The position numbers and the translations under genes are program-made. From the NCBI GenBank assembly GCA_038059695.1, contig JBBTIZ010000069.1:2969-66968 (forward strand): 64,000 nucleotides of DNA, written 5' to 3'. This document shows positions 60,180 to 64,000 of the stretch, piece after piece. The stretch comes from Planctomycetota bacterium. Lineage in GTDB: Bacteria > Planctomycetota > MHYJ01 > JACQXL01. The first letter of the stretch is position 1; each line of letters starts with the position of its first letter. The notes below the pieces were generated by a model, which saw only the letters and a program-made list of their open reading frames with translations, was not told the origin of the DNA and made no database searches.

Positions 60180-60446
60180 TTAGAACACGTCCCCGTTTTC
60201 TTTTATCTTCTTATCTTCATAAGGCGCGGCCAGGCGGCGGTACAATTCCTGCCCAACGCAGGCCACCACACCCATCATTCGGTTGTAGTTGTAATAGGAC
60301 GGCTTGTAGAGTTCCTTCATCATGGTGCTGATGCAGTAATTGATATGACCGTCTATTTTATCCTGCGGAATGGATTTCAGTTTCCTGATAAGGGCTTTGA
60401 GTTCCGGTTCAATGGCCTTGCGGCTGGACTGGTCAATGTAGGGCAT
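60180..60446 (-). CDS. Conserved-looking small protein (88 aa), unknown function
   Basis: Clean ORF with ATG. No motif recognised with certainty. Confidence 0.45.
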   Translation of the reverse strand: MPYIDQSSRKAIEPELKALIRKLKSIPQDKIDGHINYCISTMMKELYKPSYYNYNRMMGVVACVGQELYRRLAAPYEDKKIKENGDVF

Positions 60447-60464
60447 CTTAAACTCCTTTGGAAT

Positions 60465-60511
60465 GTTACAATAAGGTTACAATCAGTTACAAAAAGTTAC
60501 AAGAGGTTACA
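60465..60511. repeat. 10-bp-phased GTTACA array (5 units)
   Basis: GTTACA at 60465, 60476, 60486, 60496 and 60506. Shares AGTTACAAGAGGTT with the 14.8-kb array. Confidence 0.85.
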
Positions 60512-60533
60512 CTAACATGTGATAACACTATCT

Positions 60534-60575
60534 ATTCGTGTGATTCGTCCCATTCGTGTAATTCGTGTTCTCTTT
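60534..60575. repeat. ATTCGTG 9-bp run (4 units)
   Basis: ATTCGTG-type anchors at 60534, 60543, 60552 and 60561, abutting the aldolase stop. Confidence 0.8.
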
Positions 60576-60576
60576 A

Positions 60577-61926
60577 TTACCGCATTATCCGGTCTACCAG
60601 TTCATTTGTGTTCCCAACATTGAGTTTCTGGAACAGGAACACGAATTTGTCTTCCAGCGCCTTAGTAATTGAACCCAGCTTATCCGGGGACAAATCCCAC
60701 ATCTGTTTTTTGAACGGGCCGAATCCCTTTTTGCGGGTCTTGTAGATAAACTGTTCCTCGGTATCCTTGGCCTTGCGCTCGTCCGAATGGTTCTTGATAA
60801 GATGCTCATCTATGGCCTTGAGTAATTCCTTGGGGAATTGCTGGTTTTCATAGATAATATTCTGGAATCCGGTGGCCAGATGCACCTCAGCCGTGCCGAC
60901 TGCCGGGAACTTGTCAAAAGCATTATCCGGCAGGGTGGATGCGCCGTGCTGGACCGCGCCGGCCATCTTGAATTCCTTGCGGGCAATATCGGACAGCACC
61001 TTGAGCGTGTCAAAATCCAAACTAACCTGGGCAATGGAGCCGTCCGGCAGGACCACCCCGCCGTGCTTGGTGCCGGTCTGAACGCTTATCTTGGAAATAC
61101 CCTTCAATCCCTGTTTTAGGAATGAATTATACTGTTTCATAAATGCCCGGAGTTCCTCAGGGTTGCTGTTCTGCTTGCCCACCTCGCCAATCTCGCCGCC
61201 CACGGAAACAGTGATACCCTTGGGCTCTAATCCCCGGATATAAGCGGTCAATTCAGCCGTGATTCTGGCGTTCTCTTTCTGCTGCTCCTCAACCGTCGGC
61301 TTGGATAAATCCACCAGCGTTGATGCGTCGATATCAATATTATAGAAGCCGGCCTCGATGGCGTCCTTGATAAGTTTCTTCAAGCCCCCGATTTCGCCTT
61401 GCGGGTCAGTGGCGTATTTCTTGGAACTCACCTGGAAATGGTCGCCCTGGATAAAGACCGGACCCTGATAACCCTCTTTAATAGCCGCGGCCAGGACGCA
61501 GGTGGCGTATTCTTCGGGCTGTTGTTCGGTATATTTTATCTCGCTCCGGGCAATCTCAAAGATGAACGGGCCGACCTGGTTCTTGATGGCCGCCCGGAAC
61601 ACGGCCCGGGCCACTTCATAGGTCAGGCCCCGGATATTGATGGCCGGAACGGTCTTATTGGCATAGACGCCTTGGGCTGAGGCATCATATATCTTCTGGA
61701 TGCTGGCCGAAGTCACGCCGGTGCACCGGGCGAGATCCCTAATTAGCCAGGCCGACTGTTTCTTGAGATTGGCGTTATCGCCGAACACATAGGTATAAAT
61801 CAGGTTATCAATGCCCTCAGACCTGAGCGTATCAAGGTCTTTTATCTTGACGGTATTATCAAGGTATTTTTCTATCAGCGGCGTTATGCAATCCCGGAAA
61901 TCCTGGTTGTTCTGATATGTTCTCAT
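60577..61926 (-). CDS. fba: Class II fructose/ketose-bisphosphate aldolase (long form)
   Basis: PVFIQGDHFQ, FYNIDIDAS and SVQTGTKHG. The ATG at 61926 has an AAAGGAG SD, and the longer ORF runs into repeats. Confidence 0.8.
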   Translation of the reverse strand: MRTYQNNQDFRDCITPLIEKYLDNTVKIKDLDTLRSEGIDNLIYTYVFGDNANLKKQSAWLIRDLARCTGVTSASIQKIYDASAQGVYANKTVPAINIRGLTYEVARAVFRAAIKNQVGPFIFEIARSEIKYTEQQPEEYATCVLAAAIKEGYQGPVFIQGDHFQVSSKKYATDPQGEIGGLKKLIKDAIEAGFYNIDIDASTLVDLSKPTVEEQQKENARITAELTAYIRGLEPKGITVSVGGEIGEVGKQNSNPEELRAFMKQYNSFLKQGLKGISKISVQTGTKHGGVVLPDGSIAQVSLDFDTLKVLSDIARKEFKMAGAVQHGASTLPDNAFDKFPAVGTAEVHLATGFQNIIYENQQFPKELLKAIDEHLIKNHSDERKAKDTEEQFIYKTRKKGFGPFKKQMWDLSPDKLGSITKALEDKFVFLFQKLNVGNTNELVDRIMR

Positions 61927-61946
61927 AAGTTTCTCCTTTATACAAA

Positions 61947-62117
61947 TACGAATCACAAAGAGGAACACGAATCACACGAATCCGGCGAATCACACGAATA
62001 ATTCGTGCCATTCGCTATCGCGGTCTCAGTAGAGTTCGTTCCTATTCGTGACATTCGTGTTAGCATTTACTCTTTATATTCGCTTCGCGGTCTCTGCGGA
62101 GTTCGAGTTCGTGTTCG
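61947..62117. repeat. Inverted CACGAAT / ATTCGTG runs plus conserved 36-bp block
   Basis: CACGAAT units run up to about 62000, then ATTCGTG units follow. GTTCGCT.TCGCGGTCTC motifs occur at 62010-62035 and 62078-62105. Confidence 0.85.
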
Positions 62118-63362
62118 CTATTTACTCATCCAGCCGAATTTCTTTATAAACTCTTCCTTGGTCAGTTTACTGGCCTGGCAGAGTTTATCCAGCTGGGCCG
62201 GATTTTCAAAATCGCTCTTCTCCAGGCGAATCATATAAGACCGGGCCACTTCGTATGATTCGGTGGCCACATCCACATAACGGATTCTGGTCTTGCCGGT
62301 GGCCGGGTCCATAATATCCGGGAAATAGATGGGCGTAATCTTGCCGCCCTGAAGCGAAATCATGGCGCCGCTGCCGCCGCCTTGGAGGAACTTGCTGGCG
62401 CCATAGCCCAGGTCGCGGGTGTATTCGCAGTCAAACGGAATGGGCGGCGCGCAACGCAGTTCATAGCCGATGTCTTTGTCCACGATGGTAATCTTGATGC
62501 CCCTTGCGTCCAGCCGTTTCTTGACCTCGTTCTTGAGGAACTTGCCCAGGTCCACATCAGCCAGCCGGAGATTGTCGTGCTCGTCCCGGCCGACGCTGAA
62601 TAAGATGGAATCATCAGACGAGAGTTTCTCAGCCAGACCCTCGGCCAGGATGGCCACGCCGTGTTCCTTACCCATGCTCAGCCGCTTGATAATCGCGCCT
62701 TCCAGCACATCAGCTATCTGGGCAATCTTGACTGACTTGTTGCCGAATTCCTCAGCCACGATGGTCAGGGTGGCGCCTGATGCCTTACCAATGCCTAAAG
62801 CCAGATGCCCAGCCTTGCGGCCCATGGTAATGATAAAATACCAGCGGTTGGTGGTAACCGAGTCCTCCATGATGTTACGGACAATCTCTACCCCGAAATG
62901 ACGGGCCGTATGGAATCCAAAAGTGGATTTGCTATCCGGCAGCGGCAGGTCGTTATCTATGGTCTTGGGCACATGGACAATGCGGATTTTATTCTGGGTT
63001 TCTTTGGCAATAACGCTGGCCGTGTAAGCCGTGTCGTCGCCGCCAATGGTGATTAACCGGTCTATGCCCAGTTTAATAAGTGAGTCAATGACGTTCTTTA
63101 TCTTGGCCTTTTCCTTGGTCGGGTTTTCCCGCGAGGTGCGCAGAATTGACCCGCCGTCGAAATGGATGCGCGAAACAGCATTGATGGTCAGCGGCATCAC
63201 CTGCGTGGTATCGCCTTGGGCCAGATGCTTGAAGCCGTCCATGATGCCCAGCACCTGCCAGCCATGATTGGCTGATTCAATGGTGGCCGCGCTGATAACG
63301 CCGTTAATGCCCGGCGCCGGCCCGCCACCAACCAGGATTCCTAAATATTTTGTGTCAGACAT
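62118..63362 (-). CDS. pfp: Phosphofructokinase, probably PPi-dependent
   Basis: GGGPAPGINGVI, TIGGDDT and PKTIDNDL. The Asp and Lys at the positions that are Gly in ATP-dependent PfkA are the signature associated with PPi use. Confidence 0.8.
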   Translation of the reverse strand: MSDTKYLGILVGGGPAPGINGVISAATIESANHGWQVLGIMDGFKHLAQGDTTQVMPLTINAVSRIHFDGGSILRTSRENPTKEKAKIKNVIDSLIKLGIDRLITIGGDDTAYTASVIAKETQNKIRIVHVPKTIDNDLPLPDSKSTFGFHTARHFGVEIVRNIMEDSVTTNRWYFIITMGRKAGHLALGIGKASGATLTIVAEEFGNKSVKIAQIADVLEGAIIKRLSMGKEHGVAILAEGLAEKLSSDDSILFSVGRDEHDNLRLADVDLGKFLKNEVKKRLDARGIKITIVDKDIGYELRCAPPIPFDCEYTRDLGYGASKFLQGGGSGAMISLQGGKITPIYFPDIMDPATGKTRIRYVDVATESYEVARSYMIRLEKSDFENPAQLDKLCQASKLTKEEFIKKFGWMSK

Positions 63363-63517
63363 AGTGTTAGTTTATACCCACTAAACCAAAATGTCAAGAA
63401 TTAAACACGAATCACTTAATAGGATGCTCCGGTTTTATTTAGGCTTGTTCATATTTCTTGTCATATTATACATTAATGGTATATTCCTGCATAAAATAAT
63501 TACAGAAGGACAGAACA

Positions 63518-64000
63518 ATGGCAAGAAAAGATTGGTATGAGCAGGATGTATTCTGGAAGACGTTCGAACCCTATATGTTTAACGAAAAACTGGAAAGGAC
63601 CCCTAAAGAGATTGATGCCATTATTTCATTACTTGAACTTAAGCGCGGGGCTTGCGTGCTTGACCTCTGTTGCGGGCCGGGAAGGCATTCACTGGAATTG
63701 GCCCGCCGGGGATTCCGGGTGACCGGCGTAGATAGAACTGCAGCGTATCTCCAGAAGGCGCGCAGAAAAGCTAAAGGGCTAAGAATAGAATTCGTCCGGG
63801 CTGATATGAGGGAATTCTGCAGGCCAAAGGCATTTAATGCGGTAATAAACATGTTTACTTCATTCGGCTATTTTAAAGACCAGGTCGACGATTACAAGGT
63901 AGCCAAAAATGTATACGAATCATTGAAGCCCGGTGGTGTCTTTATGCTTGAATTGATGGGAAAAGAAATTCTGTCTCGCATCTTTCAAGAACGAGACTGG
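63518..64000 (+). CDS. Class I SAM-dependent methyltransferase (3' end outside window; not in ORF track)
   Basis: Hand translation gives MARKDWYEQDVFW...VLDLCCGPGRHSLELARRGFRVTGVD (motif I). GAAGGA SD lies 7 nt upstream and the frame is open to the window end. Confidence 0.75.
   Translation, partial: MARKDWYEQDVFWKTFEPYMFNEKLERTPKEIDAIISLLELKRGACVLDLCCGPGRHSLELARRGFRVTGVDRTAAYLQKARRKAKGLRIEFVRADMREFCRPKAFNAVINMFTSFGYFKDQVDDYKVAKNVYESLKPGGVFMLELMGKEILSRIFQERDW

Overview
This window looks like chromosomal DNA from a diderm bacterium (it carries bamA, skp, lpxD and TolC-type genes). I cannot name the lineage from sequence alone. I count about 55 credible protein genes, mostly housekeeping, plus one tRNA-Asn. 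They include the dnaE 3' end, scpB, eno, rnpA, obg, tilS, malic enzyme, rubrerythrin and a split GMP synthase. There is also a cusCBA-type metal efflux cluster with an ECF sigma pair, acyl-CoA dehydrogenase, ilvE and lpxD-skp-bamA. The remaining blocks are dnaB-rplI-rpsR-ssb-rpsF, pth-ctc-prs-glmU, hisS, miaA, queC, carB and carA, a class II aldolase and a PPi-type phosphofructokinase. Three small accessory patches stand out. The first is an AT-rich restriction-modification module plus a SEC-C protein (15.5-17.7 kb). The second is an AT-rich HNH-nuclease and small membrane protein pair (47.5-48.8 kb). The third is a 1.2-kb Bro-N gene cassette bracketed by a duplicated carB 3' end (48.9-50.4 kb). 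The most unusual property is non-genic. Nearly every intergenic gap carries members of several short palindromic or short-period tandem repeat families. Some copies sit in frame inside conserved genes or donate start or stop codons. Three 350-430-bp phased 21-22-bp tandem arrays are also present. I saw no CRISPR, cas, integrase, transposase or rRNA genes. All protein calls come from motif recognition in the supplied translations, and all repeat coordinates and identities are hand counts. No database search or folding program was available.
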